Assembly: GCA_044226015.1 (NCBI GenBank)
Contig: JBGAHS010000007.1
Coordinates: 320,001-384,000, forward strand
Direction: 5' to 3'
DNA length: 64,000 nucleotides
Source: Candidatus Obscuribacteraceae bacterium
GTDB taxonomy: Bacteria > Cyanobacteriota > Vampirovibrionia > Obscuribacterales > Obscuribacteraceae
Of the stretch, positions 1 through 10,349 are shown one piece after another. A model generated the notes under the pieces. The model made no database searches. It saw only the letters and a program-made list of their open reading frames with translations, and was not told where the DNA came from. Made by a program: the position numbers and the translations under genes. The stretch's first letter is position 1. Every line of letters starts with the position of its first letter.

Positions 1-830
1 CCAACTTTAGGGTCATCATATGCGGTGCCTGGATGCAACATGTCGCGCAACCCCCTTCCTTTGACGGTGTCTTTCCAGATGCCATCACCAACGACCCAGT
101 CCGCGTCTTTGGCTGCGGTCTTGTTTGCTCGCTGCTGAATCAATTCTCCGAAAATGTCTGAAAAGCTTTCATTTAGTGCGCCCGATTGTCCGTAGTATCT
201 CAACCCGGCTTCTTTTTCAGTGACACCATGGGTGATTTCATGACCACATATATCCAAGAGGACAAAAGTCTTGAAGGGGCTGTCTGGGCCCGGCTTACCA
301 TAAGTCATTTGTTTGCCATTCCAAAAGGCATTCTCATAGTTTGAACCATAGTTCACTGTGGAGATAAATTTCATGCCTTTATCGTCGATCGAATTGCGAT
401 TAAACACGTCTTTGTAAAAGCTGCGGACTTGTCCCGTGAAATCGTAAGCTTCATCTACTTCAACATTTCCAGTTGCCTTGTCTCCTTCAAACCTGGCTTT
501 TGTTCCTGGGCTAGAAGTTTTGCCTTTAGCGTCATAAACTTCACGTTCGCCGTTCGTTGGTTTGGGTGAGGGGAACGGCCACCACCAGACTTGATTGTCG
601 ATGTGTCGCAGTGTACTGATGTGATCATTGACTCCGGGGTTGCGCTTGGCTAACTCTTGAAGCATGTACGGAGGAACGACTCCCTTGGCGGTCTCATCAT
701 CGTCAACTTTTATGGAGGCAGCAACATTCTGTTGGCGTTTTGAAATCAGTTCATCCAACAATCTGTTAGTAGCTTGTGGTTCTTGTCCAGCTGCTTCGTT
801 TCCCTTTTGGCTATTCTTTAAGTCGTCCAT
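1..830 (-). CDS. M4 family (thermolysin/protealysin-like) zinc metalloprotease, 3' end outside window
   Basis: Not in the ORF track because it runs off the edge. Manual minus-strand translation from ATG 830 (RBS AGAGGTGA) gives MDDLKNSQ..., a protealysin-type propeptide motif VVPPYML, NAFWNG, HEITHG (HExxH), GALNESFSDIFG and LRDMLHPGTAYDDP. Confidence 0.93.
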   Translation of the reverse strand, partial: MDDLKNSQKGNEAAGQEPQATNRLLDELISKRQQNVAASIKVDDDETAKGVVPPYMLQELAKRNPGVNDHISTLRHIDNQVWWWPFPSPKPTNGEREVYDAKGKTSSPGTKARFEGDKATGNVEVDEAYDFTGQVRSFYKDVFNRNSIDDKGMKFISTVNYGSNYENAFWNGKQMTYGKPGPDSPFKTFVLLDICGHEITHGVTEKEAGLRYYGQSGALNESFSDIFGELIQQRANKTAAKDADWVVGDGIWKDTVKGRGLRDMLHPGTAYDDPKV

Positions 831-1074
831 GGATGTTCTCACCTCTTTCCAAACAGTTATCCCCAGCTTTGAGCCCCGTCTGAAATTTAAGTCGGCGTAC
901 TTTTATCTACAATCGTAAGTTCCCCCCTAATGAGGTTCTTCGAGCTAAGCTCTATGTAATGTGTCCACAATTTCTACGCGTCAAAAACTCTTCAAAGCCA
1001 TTATTCGTAAGCTTTATGCTCTACTGGATTTTCCTAAAACTGCAAGATAATATGAGACTTAACTTGTGCCAATA

Positions 1075-2988
1075 TCAATGATGCTGAGACTCTTCGACTT
1101 TGTTTGCCTCTCGAGTCGCATTGAGTACTGGCCGGACCATATCTTTCCATTTCTCTTTCTTCAATCTTTCGTCCATCGCTTTGAGCATAAGTTCATTCAT
1201 TTCGGTAGTGGTAATACCCAATGAATTACGTGTCGCCAATCCAGAAAATGTACCGGGTGAATCTATTGGCTGCTCTAGAAGTTTGAGTATTTGGCGGATG
1301 CTTTCGTTCATCTCTTTGTCGTCGTATAGAATCTCTGATTGCTCAATCATCTCAACAAGAAAATTGACTCTGTCTCTCTCATCGCTAATGTTTGACATTG
1401 CGAATTTCTGCGCGGCTCTCAATTGAGATCTGGCTTCATCAGTATCTCCCTCGGACATTGAAAAGACCATGCTAATTTGCTGAATTCGTAGTTTGGAGTT
1501 AGGGGTTAGGTCGCTTTGAGGATATTTGTTGATCTCTGTCATTACCTCTAAGAGGAGTTTCTTATCGTGAAGTTGCCTTGCATTACTCGCAACTGAAAAC
1601 ATCAAGCTATTGGCTGGATAGTTGTAATCACCGTATGCCGCCGATATTTTCGCGGTGTTAAGTTCAATAGGTAGGAAGTTCTTATCGCTGCTTTGCAGAT
1701 GTGAAAGGTTTCGGTCTAGAGACGGAACTATCGAAATCTTTTTTGGATTTTGCAAAGCAATAGCAATTGGTGTCAGCACCTCTAGTATTCTTCTATATTT
1801 GGTACTTTCTTCTAAACTGAATATGCTCTTTTGGCGTGAACCAGCCGTTTCAAGGGACAGACGCAAGTATTTATCCGCAGCAATGGCTTCGTTCTCATTC
1901 AAGGCTTTTTGTGCTAAGTACGCGATTTGCAATGCCTTGTCCAATTTGTTTTCAATGATGATTGCTGACGCTCTGCGCTCCTTTCGTTTAGCTGATTCAT
2001 TGGCGAAAAGAAAAACAAATGCTAGCAGCGCAGCCATCACACTAGCGATTGCAACAACATTTCTTTTTTGCGTGTCCTTTTTGCGTTTGCTTGGAATTTT
2101 ATCGAGAGTAATTTCGTCGAGTACAGCCGCCAGCTTTGTTGCAAACTCTCGAGCTGATATCGGGCGAGCCTCAGGATCAATATCGAGAGCCATCAGAATG
2201 CTGGCTGCTAGGCGCTTTGGAATGTGGTGCTCCTTACTCAATTCGTCGGCTTTTGGTCGAGCCGCCGTACAATGTTTGTTGATGGTTTCGAAAGCGCTGT
2301 CTCCCTCAAAAGGAATGCGACCGCAGAGACTTTCGAACATGATGCAGGCGATAGAGTAGATGTCTGATCTCGGGTCAATCTCTTTATGCATGCCCTGCTC
2401 AGGGCTCATGTAATTGGGAGTTCCAATGATTACTCCTGTTTGAGTGAGCTTGGTATTTTCAGCTTGTTCAGACTCAAGATATTTTGCAAGTCCAAAGTCT
2501 GATAGTTTTGCAAGAGCCAAACTGTCAGCTTCTTTAGGCAATAAGATATTGCTTGGCTTGATATCTCGATGTACCACTCCCATTTCGTGTGCATATTGAA
2601 GCGCATCGAGCAAAGGAAGAAACAAATCTCTAAACTCTTTGAACTGGAGTATCTGTTTTTTCTTAAGAAGGCTGCTCAGGTTTTCGCCTTCGACATATTC
2701 CATCACTATGAACGGCACGCCTTCGCTATTTGTGTTGGATGAGTAGGTCTCTACAATGTTCGTGTGTTTCAATTGAAGCGATATTCTTGCTTCTTGATTG
2801 AATCTTTCAATCTTCTGTGGAGTTGAGACATTTGTTTTCAGGCACTTTACTGCTACCGTGCGGTCTAGTTGCAGCTGTCTTGCCCTGTATACGGTTGACA
2901 CTCCGCCTTCGCCAATGAGTTCCATAACTTCGATGTTCTCAAGCCGAGGGGCTCGTTTAAGTTCTTTACTCTCATTCGAACCGTGCAT
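1075..2988 (-). CDS. Hanks-type Ser/Thr protein kinase with a transmembrane helix and helical C-terminal domain
   Basis: GEGGVSTV, AVK, HRDIKPSN, DFG and GTPNYMSPE motifs; hydrophobic VVAIASVMAALLAFVFLF segment. Confidence 0.93.
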   Translation of the reverse strand: MHGSNESKELKRAPRLENIEVMELIGEGGVSTVYRARQLQLDRTVAVKCLKTNVSTPQKIERFNQEARISLQLKHTNIVETYSSNTNSEGVPFIVMEYVEGENLSSLLKKKQILQFKEFRDLFLPLLDALQYAHEMGVVHRDIKPSNILLPKEADSLALAKLSDFGLAKYLESEQAENTKLTQTGVIIGTPNYMSPEQGMHKEIDPRSDIYSIACIMFESLCGRIPFEGDSAFETINKHCTAARPKADELSKEHHIPKRLAASILMALDIDPEARPISAREFATKLAAVLDEITLDKIPSKRKKDTQKRNVVAIASVMAALLAFVFLFANESAKRKERRASAIIIENKLDKALQIAYLAQKALNENEAIAADKYLRLSLETAGSRQKSIFSLEESTKYRRILEVLTPIAIALQNPKKISIVPSLDRNLSHLQSSDKNFLPIELNTAKISAAYGDYNYPANSLMFSVASNARQLHDKKLLLEVMTEINKYPQSDLTPNSKLRIQQISMVFSMSEGDTDEARSQLRAAQKFAMSNISDERDRVNFLVEMIEQSEILYDDKEMNESIRQILKLLEQPIDSPGTFSGLATRNSLGITTTEMNELMLKAMDERLKKEKWKDMVRPVLNATREANKVEESQHH

Positions 2989-3182
2989 TGAAAGACTCTT
3001 CTTGGAATGTCTTGTCTATTATTCCCCGCTTGCACGAACTTACGTGCCCTTAACAAATCGAATGGGAACAGTCTCGGACCCCTGTCGTCAAAATTTTCTG
3101 TGAGCCTGCAAATTGAATAAAGCATCTTCCTGGCAGCAAGCGGTGCTACTGCTGTCGTCTCTTTCGTTATTGAGGTTGAACC

Positions 3183-4433
3183 ATGATTTCTTTCAAGCAT
3201 ATTCCGGGCATCAAGAAGTCCCTAACGTATTTACTCGCCGCAAGTCAGCTCTCATTGCTTGCCCTGGCACCCGTGAGTGCTTCTGATAATCTGGTTCGCA
3301 TCGCCGGAAACGGCATTTTTTCGGTCAAGGGTGAAAATGCATCTGATAGAGCTTCAAAAATTCAACGAAATATCGACAATTCTCTGGTGGCGTCATCAAA
3401 CCACGGGCCAGCAGCTGTGAAAATCACATACGTGAAAGGGCAACCCGTTATTACCCTGGGAGGTTACTATGTTGCTACTGTGGACAATGCAGCAGCTAAG
3501 TCTGCTGCTACCACCCCTGCTATTCTTGCTCAAAAATGGGCTTCGTCGATGAAGTCTGCTTTAGCCAATAAAAATAGTGTTGATGCCTACATCTCTCAGT
3601 TAACTGGTCATTCGGGAGGTCCATCTTCTGCTTCGATCGCTAGTTCCAGTTCCAACAGTTCTTCAAAACCGAAGTCATCGTCCTCATCCTCATCCTCTTC
3701 CTCTTCCTCTTACGGCACTATATCTGATACCGCAATGGATTCAACTAGTGGTGCTGGAACCGGCTGGCAGTCCATGCCAATTGTCGGAAAAGGAAATCCC
3801 GTTTCGAAGCCGCCAGCGTATAGTGTGCAAGCTCCTATTTCAGGTCATCTTACATACATTCCTGCTGGAATGATGATTCCTGTAAAGCTTCAAACTTCAA
3901 TAAGCAGCTCTGTAGCAAAGGCTGGCGATGTGGTTTTGGCGAAGACGACCGAGGACATGAATCTTGGCGACAGCATAGTTCCTGCCAACACAACTCTAAT
4001 TGGTCACATAACAGATGCGGCTGATGGGGCGTGGATGGGTAAATCGGGAAGCATCACGATCAAATTCACAAGTATTCGAGCAGCTAATGGGGTTGAAACC
4101 CCGATCATGGCGCACATTAGTGGAAGTGTTGGAAAATATGAAGATAGAGGAAATAGCACTTTTAGAGGTGAGAACAGCAGTTCAAAAATCAAAAAGGCTG
4201 CAATTGCCACCGGTGTTGGTGCGGGGCTGGGAACTGTAACTGGTATCGCCATTGGTGCAATTGCCGGAGGAGGTCACGGTGTTGGTCGTGGTGCCCTCAC
4301 CGGTGCGGCCATCGGCAGTGGCCTTGGTCTTGCGCAAGCTTTGCTCTTGCGCAAAGGTAGTGAGGTTAATCTGACACAGGGGCAGACTTTCAACCTGCAA
4401 CTCGACGCTCCTGTCACAGTCGCAATGAACTGA
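3183..4433 (+). CDS. Secreted protein with Ser-rich linker and C-terminal TrbI/VirB10-like beta domain with glycine zipper
   Basis: Signal-peptide-like N-terminus, poly-Ser tract, IPAGMMIPVKLQTSISS...G..V.A pattern and GAGLG/GAAIG zipper. Confidence 0.6.
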   Translation: MISFKHIPGIKKSLTYLLAASQLSLLALAPVSASDNLVRIAGNGIFSVKGENASDRASKIQRNIDNSLVASSNHGPAAVKITYVKGQPVITLGGYYVATVDNAAAKSAATTPAILAQKWASSMKSALANKNSVDAYISQLTGHSGGPSSASIASSSSNSSSKPKSSSSSSSSSSSSYGTISDTAMDSTSGAGTGWQSMPIVGKGNPVSKPPAYSVQAPISGHLTYIPAGMMIPVKLQTSISSSVAKAGDVVLAKTTEDMNLGDSIVPANTTLIGHITDAADGAWMGKSGSITIKFTSIRAANGVETPIMAHISGSVGKYEDRGNSTFRGENSSSKIKKAAIATGVGAGLGTVTGIAIGAIAGGGHGVGRGALTGAAIGSGLGLAQALLLRKGSEVNLTQGQTFNLQLDAPVTVAMN

Positions 4434-4463
4434 TACCGCTATACAGTTATTTTGTGCACTGCG

Positions 4464-4504
4464 CTGCGCTCATGGTCAGACTTCGCCATGAGCGCAGGTT
4501 TTTT
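4464..4504 (+). terminator. Rho-independent terminator
   Basis: 12-bp stem CTGCGCTCATGG/CCATGAGCGCAG followed by GTTTTTT, 30 nt after the stop at 4433. Confidence 0.85.
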
Positions 4505-4631
4505 CTCGAAAAATGTTGCCAAGTTCGTAATAACCGCAAGAATTGCAGCCTAATTACCACTTTCGCCCATTGACTCTGGCTGCTTCAATCCATACGATCG
4601 TGCTGGAGAGTGTCAGTAGGCGTAGAGAGAG

Positions 4632-5234
4632 TTGAATTTGCGATTAGGACCTTTTATCTTGTTTGTCGGGCTGTCTTTATTCGTTCAGCCAGTCAGCGTT
4701 TTTGCTCAAGAATATTCCTCGGATGATTCGGAGCCGCGCTACACCGCAGAAGATCCAGATAATTCTTCTCAGATCGATATAACCCACGGTATGGCTGAAC
4801 AAAATGGGCTTTACGCTATCAGGCAGGGGCGACCGTTACAGGGTCAAGCTCAAGTTCAAAATCAACAGAGCTTTATGCAAAACAATTCTGGCATGTATGG
4901 AGAGCCGCAGATTGGCATGCAGTCAAACAACATGGGTTGCAACGGGTTCAATCAGATGAATCAGATTGACCCGAACAATCAAATGAATCAAAACCATAAT
5001 TGCATGAACTCTGGAATGGGTAATCCACCTGCAAACCAAGGATTATCTGGACTTTTAGGAGGCGCTATAACACCTGGCTTGACCAAGCAGGTTGCTGGCG
5101 CTGTTGGTGCAGCCTTGATGTTCAATTACATGACGCAGGGGGGCGCTCAATCGCTTGTTAATTCTATGTCTGCAAAAGGATGGAGAGGCGGTCGCCGTAC
5201 TCTGGGTTCAGGTGGTGTCGTCTACACACATTAA
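4632..5234 (+). CDS. Hypothetical secreted low-complexity (Gln/Asn/Met-rich) protein
   Basis: 200-aa ORF with TTG start and a signal-peptide-like N-terminus ending VFA-Q. Confidence 0.6.
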   Translation: MNLRLGPFILFVGLSLFVQPVSVFAQEYSSDDSEPRYTAEDPDNSSQIDITHGMAEQNGLYAIRQGRPLQGQAQVQNQQSFMQNNSGMYGEPQIGMQSNNMGCNGFNQMNQIDPNNQMNQNHNCMNSGMGNPPANQGLSGLLGGAITPGLTKQVAGAVGAALMFNYMTQGGAQSLVNSMSAKGWRGGRRTLGSGGVVYTH

Positions 5235-5450
5235 GTGCTGCGAACTATTGAAGTGCAGTCATCCAAACTGAGTACTCTTCATCTGTGACGATTTTGTGTT
5301 TCGGAGCCTGAGTTTTGGCTCCGTCACTTTTGTCTTTTGAGTTTTTCATTTACCCTTATTCAGCGCTCTGCCTTAGTCCAGATTACCATGTCTGGAAATT
5401 AGGATTAAGGCATTTAATGCGCTACTGGTTTGAAAGGTTCGTGGTGCTCC

Positions 5451-8400
5451 TTATTTGTACCGTGCTGGATAGGGGATGCTGTAGAAGTTCTGTTGTGGAG
5501 CATTCTTTCTCCACAACTCTTCCCAGCTTGAGCTGTTCTTTTGATCTCTTTGCTTTTCTCTAGCCAACTGTGCGTTGGTGCGAGGATGCAGGTAGCGTTC
5601 CATGCCTACTAGCAAACCAAGCTGAACCTTACCGACCTCATAAGGGTCTAAGGCTTTCTGCTGGTCACCAGCTTTTGTGGTTAGAAGTTCGTTTAGAATC
5701 ATATTTCCTTGACGTACAACATTTTGTACACCGCTTCCTTGCTCGCGAAGTGGTTTGGCATGTATTCCGGCCACTTCTCCCTTGCCAGAGTTAACCAGTG
5801 CCCCTAATTTGTGGCTCTGTGAACTTACTAGCGTCAGTGTGCCGGTCGACATCGGACCATTGTAATCATCCATGTGGTTTGAAATGATTACATCTGCCTT
5901 TGTATCTTTCAATGCGTGAGCCAGTCCGACCATGCCCTGTGCTGAGGGGTTGGTTCGGTAGAGTTCATCTTGATTTACGTGTATTGGAACGCCTCCAGCG
6001 TACTCCACCATCGACGCCAGAATTGCACTACTTTGTTTGTTGAAGTCGTACTCTCGCATACCATTTTTGTTTTGCTCAGTCTTAGACCAGTCTGGTGCGG
6101 AGAAACCAGGAGTTCTTGAGCCATGGAATGGGTCATGCCCTCCGTTTATTGCAATTCGCTTGCCTTCCAGTGCACCACGTCCGGTGCCTCCACTAGCCAA
6201 GTCAGGGTTTGCTGCCATCACGGCTGCTGCCGCTGCTTTTGAAGCAAATCTATGTTGCAAAAGCTGTTGCGCCATAGGGTGGCTTGCATCATCGATGATT
6301 CTCTGTTGTAGATTTGCTTTTTCATCGGACAGTCGAGTATGCAATTGGGCGCGCTCTAGGGCTCTAGCCTCTTGCATCTTGTAATAACGTTCGGCTGTTT
6401 TCACATTCTCCGTGAGCTTTTCTGTTTGTGTGCCAAATGGATTGTAGGAGAAATCATTTATTGCATCTGAGTTCAGTTTATAGGCATTGCGATTATATCT
6501 AGCAAGATTTAAGTCTCGTGAAATGTCTGCAGGAAGTCCTTTCAATAGTCTCTCCGGAATATCTGTTGCTGGGGTGCCTTTGCGAAGTAGGGATTCAATG
6601 CGTTGCAATTGCTGCTTCTCTTGCTCGATACTCTTCTTTTCAGCTGTGGCGTCCTTCAGTGTTTTATCAATTATTGCCTGCGCATCTGATGAACGAGTTC
6701 CATCAGCTGAAGGCTTTACGCGTTGAGCGAGATCGAAGTACTTAGCTGCATCCTGAGTCAGATTCTGTTTGATTTTTCCAAGTTCAGCTTCGCTTCGCTC
6801 GGTTCTTCGATAACCGAAGTTGTCGTCAGGTTTAGGTATGTATGCTTTGTCTTTGATCTCTCGACCTTCACGAACTTCATTTGCTCTCTCAAGAACATCT
6901 TTTTGTGAGGCGATTGACTTTATTTTGTCCTCTACCTCTTGTTTGAACGAGGGCAAATCTTTTGATTTCGTTTTGTCATTGAGTGCAATTGCGTCGAGCC
7001 TAAAGTTGCCTTTGTTTGGCTCTATTCCAAGTGCAGCAGCTGCTGCTGGGTTAAGACCAATGTCCTCTTTTGTGATCTTACCGTTTGGTAGTTGACCTGC
7101 AACAAATGGAACGCCTTTTATGTTTCCGTCGTTGTCTCGTCCTACCAGAACGCCCATTGTACCCGGTGTCATACCTGGCACTACTGCGACTGGCGTGTCT
7201 TTTGCAAGACCTGCAGGTGCTTTCACTTCAGTGTTATTTAGAACTCTGGCGCCGTTGATATAACGAGCACCATATTTTTTTGCATCTTCTGCTAAGCGAA
7301 TGATGTTTACGTTCTGGTCTAGTGAACCTGGTTGAAGCTTAGGCATCTCCTGGTCTTCATCCGGGTTCGATTGTGGCTCGGGTAGCTCTTTCTTCTGCTC
7401 CTGGTTTGGAGCTTCGGGAGTTGGATCTTTCTTCTGCTCCTGGTTTGGGGCTTCTGGAGTTGGGTCTTTCTTCTGCTCCTGGTTTGGAGCTTCGGGCGTT
7501 GGATCTTTCTTCTGCTCCTGGTTTGGGGCTTCGGGAGTTGGGTCTTTCTTCTGCTCCTGGTTTGGAGCTTCGGGAGTTGGGTCTTTCTTCTGCTCCTGGT
7601 TTGGAGCTTCTGGAGTTGGGTCTTTCTTCTGCTCCTGGTTTGGAGCTTCGGGAGCTGGGTCTTTCTTCTGCTCCTGGTTTGGAGCTTCTGGAGCTGGGTC
7701 TTTCTTCTGCTCCTGGTTTTGGGCTTCGCCTTTTGGAGGCACTTTTTCTCCGGTGAATGCGTACGGATCATCTCCGGGCTTGAATCCGTCAACCGGTGCC
7801 GGTTTTACATCTGGACTTGCTTCTCTAGGCGCATCTTTAGGTCTATTGTTTTGAGAGTTATCGATAGGTTTAGTGTCAACTTTCGGTTCGGGCTGGCGGG
7901 GTTCTGGTGTTATTGCGGCTTTGAATTTAGTGTTAAATTCCTCTTTGAGCTTCTCAGTCTGAGCTTTGCTTAAATGGCTTCCAAACCGGCGATTGCCAAT
8001 ATTATCAACGAATGTTTTTAGCTCCTTCTCGTTTCTTGGAGCCAAAATATCGTCTTTGCTAAGCGTATTTATTGGGCGACCTTGTTCCTTGCGTAGAGCG
8101 CGGGCTCCAGCTACTAGCCCTCTTATCTCATTATGATTGAGCTCTCTTCCCATAAGTTCTGAACTCATATTTGACAGAGTTTGGTAGTACCCATCTCCTT
8201 TTTCGGGGCGAGAATTCTCCAATAGTTTCTCTGACATTTTGAAAGTTCCGTCAGATGGTTTTTCAGGTTGAACAGGCTGAGCAGGTTGTTCCTTCTGCTC
8301 AGGTTGAGCTGGCTGATCTTTCTTCTCAGGCTGAGCAGGTTGTTCCTTCTGCTCAGGTTGAGCAGGCTGATCTTTCTTCTCAGGCTGAGCAGGTTGTTCC

Positions 8401-9377
8401 TTCTTCTCAGGCTGAGCAGGCTGATCTTTCTTCTCAGGCTGAGCAGGCTGATCTTTCTTCTCGGGTTCGATGGCGTCGTCTTTTTTCGGCTTGTTATCTG
8501 CGGACTTAGCCCGTTCATCCTTTGTTTCTTCATCCCATTTTCGAACTCTGTCAGCTACATTTTGAATGTAGCGAGATTCTTTGTTTGCGCCGTCACCGTT
8601 CGGTGCGTAGTAACAAATTTCCTGATTTAAGCTTTTGACACCGAGTCCGCCATTCTCTCTATCTTTCCCGTATACATCACGCATGTGGTAGGACCATGCA
8701 AGAATGCCATCTTTCCAGTTGTCGAACTTTCTGAAAATGTTCTTTTGTTGACCTGAATTTGCCTTTTCGTTTGCCATCGCATCATGGTCTTTCATGTTTC
8801 CGATGCTATGGTTTTGTGGACCGTGTCCTGCTTTTCCGAGACTAGACTCTTCATAAAAATGAGCCAGCGCGTATGCAGCATTCACCCCAGTTTCTTTTGC
8901 GGCATCCATGAAATCTTTTGCCATGCTGACTGGTAGCTGTCTGTTTGCAGGTCTATCGCCTTGCGAATTTGCCCAGTTGATGAGCTTCTCTATTCTTGCC
9001 TGAGTGATGGTAGATTCTCCGAACATATGTGGCACGTTTTTGCCAAAAACATATCCGCTGTCTTTCTGTGCATCACATTTTGGTCGAGCATAATCCGCAC
9101 CGCGGATAGTGGCAAGGAGGTCTGGGCGTGAATCATTCTTCCCTCCCCGACCAGAATTATCTTCCAGAGTGAGCTTGCCCACTTTATTGTCAGTTGCTAG
9201 TTGTGAACTTTCTCGCGCACTGTTGTCTGCACGGTTTCTTCCCAGGTCTGCTCCTGTCTGCGACTTTGTGTCGTCAAGCAGCCGCCGAGAGGAGTTTTCA
9301 ACGTTTCCAGGCTCTGATGCTTCGTGTTTCTTTTCTGTGCGCTCAGCTTTGTTCGTGCTAGGTGTATCACCTGACAT
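5451..9377 (-). CDS. Large multidomain peptidoglycan hydrolase: lysozyme-like/glucosaminidase domain, repeats, LysM-like segment and C-terminal Amidase_3 domain
   Basis: N-region AAKETGVNAAYALAHFYEESSLG...FRKFDNWKDGI...YYAP (GH73-like). C-region LEGKRIAINGGH...REY...ISNH...LNE carries the Amidase_3 Zn ligands and catalytic Glu. RBS GGAGGG upstream. Confidence 0.75.
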   Translation of the reverse strand: MSGDTPSTNKAERTEKKHEASEPGNVENSSRRLLDDTKSQTGADLGRNRADNSARESSQLATDNKVGKLTLEDNSGRGGKNDSRPDLLATIRGADYARPKCDAQKDSGYVFGKNVPHMFGESTITQARIEKLINWANSQGDRPANRQLPVSMAKDFMDAAKETGVNAAYALAHFYEESSLGKAGHGPQNHSIGNMKDHDAMANEKANSGQQKNIFRKFDNWKDGILAWSYHMRDVYGKDRENGGLGVKSLNQEICYYAPNGDGANKESRYIQNVADRVRKWDEETKDERAKSADNKPKKDDAIEPEKKDQPAQPEKKDQPAQPEKKEQPAQPEKKDQPAQPEQKEQPAQPEKKDQPAQPEQKEQPAQPVQPEKPSDGTFKMSEKLLENSRPEKGDGYYQTLSNMSSELMGRELNHNEIRGLVAGARALRKEQGRPINTLSKDDILAPRNEKELKTFVDNIGNRRFGSHLSKAQTEKLKEEFNTKFKAAITPEPRQPEPKVDTKPIDNSQNNRPKDAPREASPDVKPAPVDGFKPGDDPYAFTGEKVPPKGEAQNQEQKKDPAPEAPNQEQKKDPAPEAPNQEQKKDPTPEAPNQEQKKDPTPEAPNQEQKKDPTPEAPNQEQKKDPTPEAPNQEQKKDPTPEAPNQEQKKDPTPEAPNQEQKKELPEPQSNPDEDQEMPKLQPGSLDQNVNIIRLAEDAKKYGARYINGARVLNNTEVKAPAGLAKDTPVAVVPGMTPGTMGVLVGRDNDGNIKGVPFVAGQLPNGKITKEDIGLNPAAAAALGIEPNKGNFRLDAIALNDKTKSKDLPSFKQEVEDKIKSIASQKDVLERANEVREGREIKDKAYIPKPDDNFGYRRTERSEAELGKIKQNLTQDAAKYFDLAQRVKPSADGTRSSDAQAIIDKTLKDATAEKKSIEQEKQQLQRIESLLRKGTPATDIPERLLKGLPADISRDLNLARYNRNAYKLNSDAINDFSYNPFGTQTEKLTENVKTAERYYKMQEARALERAQLHTRLSDEKANLQQRIIDDASHPMAQQLLQHRFASKAAAAAVMAANPDLASGGTGRGALEGKRIAINGGHDPFHGSRTPGFSAPDWSKTEQNKNGMREYDFNKQSSAILASMVEYAGGVPIHVNQDELYRTNPSAQGMVGLAHALKDTKADVIISNHMDDYNGPMSTGTLTLVSSQSHKLGALVNSGKGEVAGIHAKPLREQGSGVQNVVRQGNMILNELLTTKAGDQQKALDPYEVGKVQLGLLVGMERYLHPRTNAQLAREKQRDQKNSSSWEELWRKNAPQQNFYSIPYPARYK
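7389..7728 (-). repeat. In-frame 39-bp tandem repeat, about 9 copies, encoding EAPNQEQKKDP(T/A)P
   Basis: Directly visible in DNA and protein. Confidence 0.95.
8276..8465 (-). repeat. In-frame 27-bp tandem repeat, about 7 copies, encoding PE(K/Q)K(D/E)QPAQ
   Basis: Directly visible in DNA and protein. Confidence 0.95.
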
Positions 9378-9796
9378 AAATTAGGTCCCTCCGGAAATGC
9401 AGAGGAATACTTCAGATCGTGGTCGCGCTGAAATGCAGAGAGCTTTTGAGCTCTCACATTTGTCTGGACGGCTCTAAAAAATCGTCTAGACAGCTGACTG
9501 CTCAAAAGAGTGCATAAGGGGGGCTCACTCTGCAAAGCAATCGCTTTTCATGTAGTAATTTCTTTCGCGTGTTGCTGAGGATTCGGTGTCTCCTCAGATC
9601 CAATTACGCGACAAATAAAGTTTTCAGCTGACTGAAATCTGGCAGTCTCCTCTTGTTCGTTTTATTAATCAGAAAGGACCTCTGCCTATAGATCAATTCT
9701 GAATCCCGATCCATCACACAAACAATCCCAAGATATGACGGTAGGAGGACGATACATTTAATTTGTGAAACTTATGTGGAAAATACGATGTGCAAA

Positions 9797-10219
9797 TTAC
9801 TTGTCCATTCTGCGCAATTTGATGCTCGCATTATCGTGACATTCGTTGGAGGAATACTTTCCTATTAATTGCATACCGTCTTGCATCAAACTCAGCTCGT
9901 AGTCTTCGATTTTGCAAAATCTCCAATCGGAGTTTGGATGGTATGAAATGATATCTACATCCTTTAAGTGGCAGATTTTTGTCTGGGGATCGTAAGTCCC
10001 TTCAAGAACACGTTTGCAATTTCCACTGGAATCCGAAATCCAGACAAATGTGCCCTTAACTTTTGTGCCGCTCTGTTTGAGTTCGAAAATCGCTCCAACA
10101 TGCGGATCGTTGCCTGCTACGTTTCCTACCCATTTGCCAGTAAGTCCGTTTTGGGCCGCTATTGTTGACGTTGCTATCATCGAAAGAGCCAAAGCAAGCG
10201 GTAAGCTGAGCTTATGCAT
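9797..10219 (-). CDS. Hypothetical small secreted beta-barrel-like protein
   Basis: Signal peptide, LTGKWVG start, four Cys. Confidence 0.7.
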   Translation of the reverse strand: MHKLSLPLALALSMIATSTIAAQNGLTGKWVGNVAGNDPHVGAIFELKQSGTKVKGTFVWISDSSGNCKRVLEGTYDPQTKICHLKDVDIISYHPNSDWRFCKIEDYELSLMQDGMQLIGKYSSNECHDNASIKLRRMDK

Positions 10220-10349
10220 AATGCGCTACTCCAAGGATTTCAAGCTGATCTTATCTCATTCGCTCAGACAGTGCAAATTTTGATTGAGTCGGTATGCTCA
10301 GTATCAATTCGGGTGTTATAGTTTCTCTCTGACGAAAAGAGAGCTATTC

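Noticed and set aside
7319..8630. Alternative-frame repeat ORFs inside the hydrolase gene
   Set aside because: Stop-free only because of the in-frame tandem repeats.
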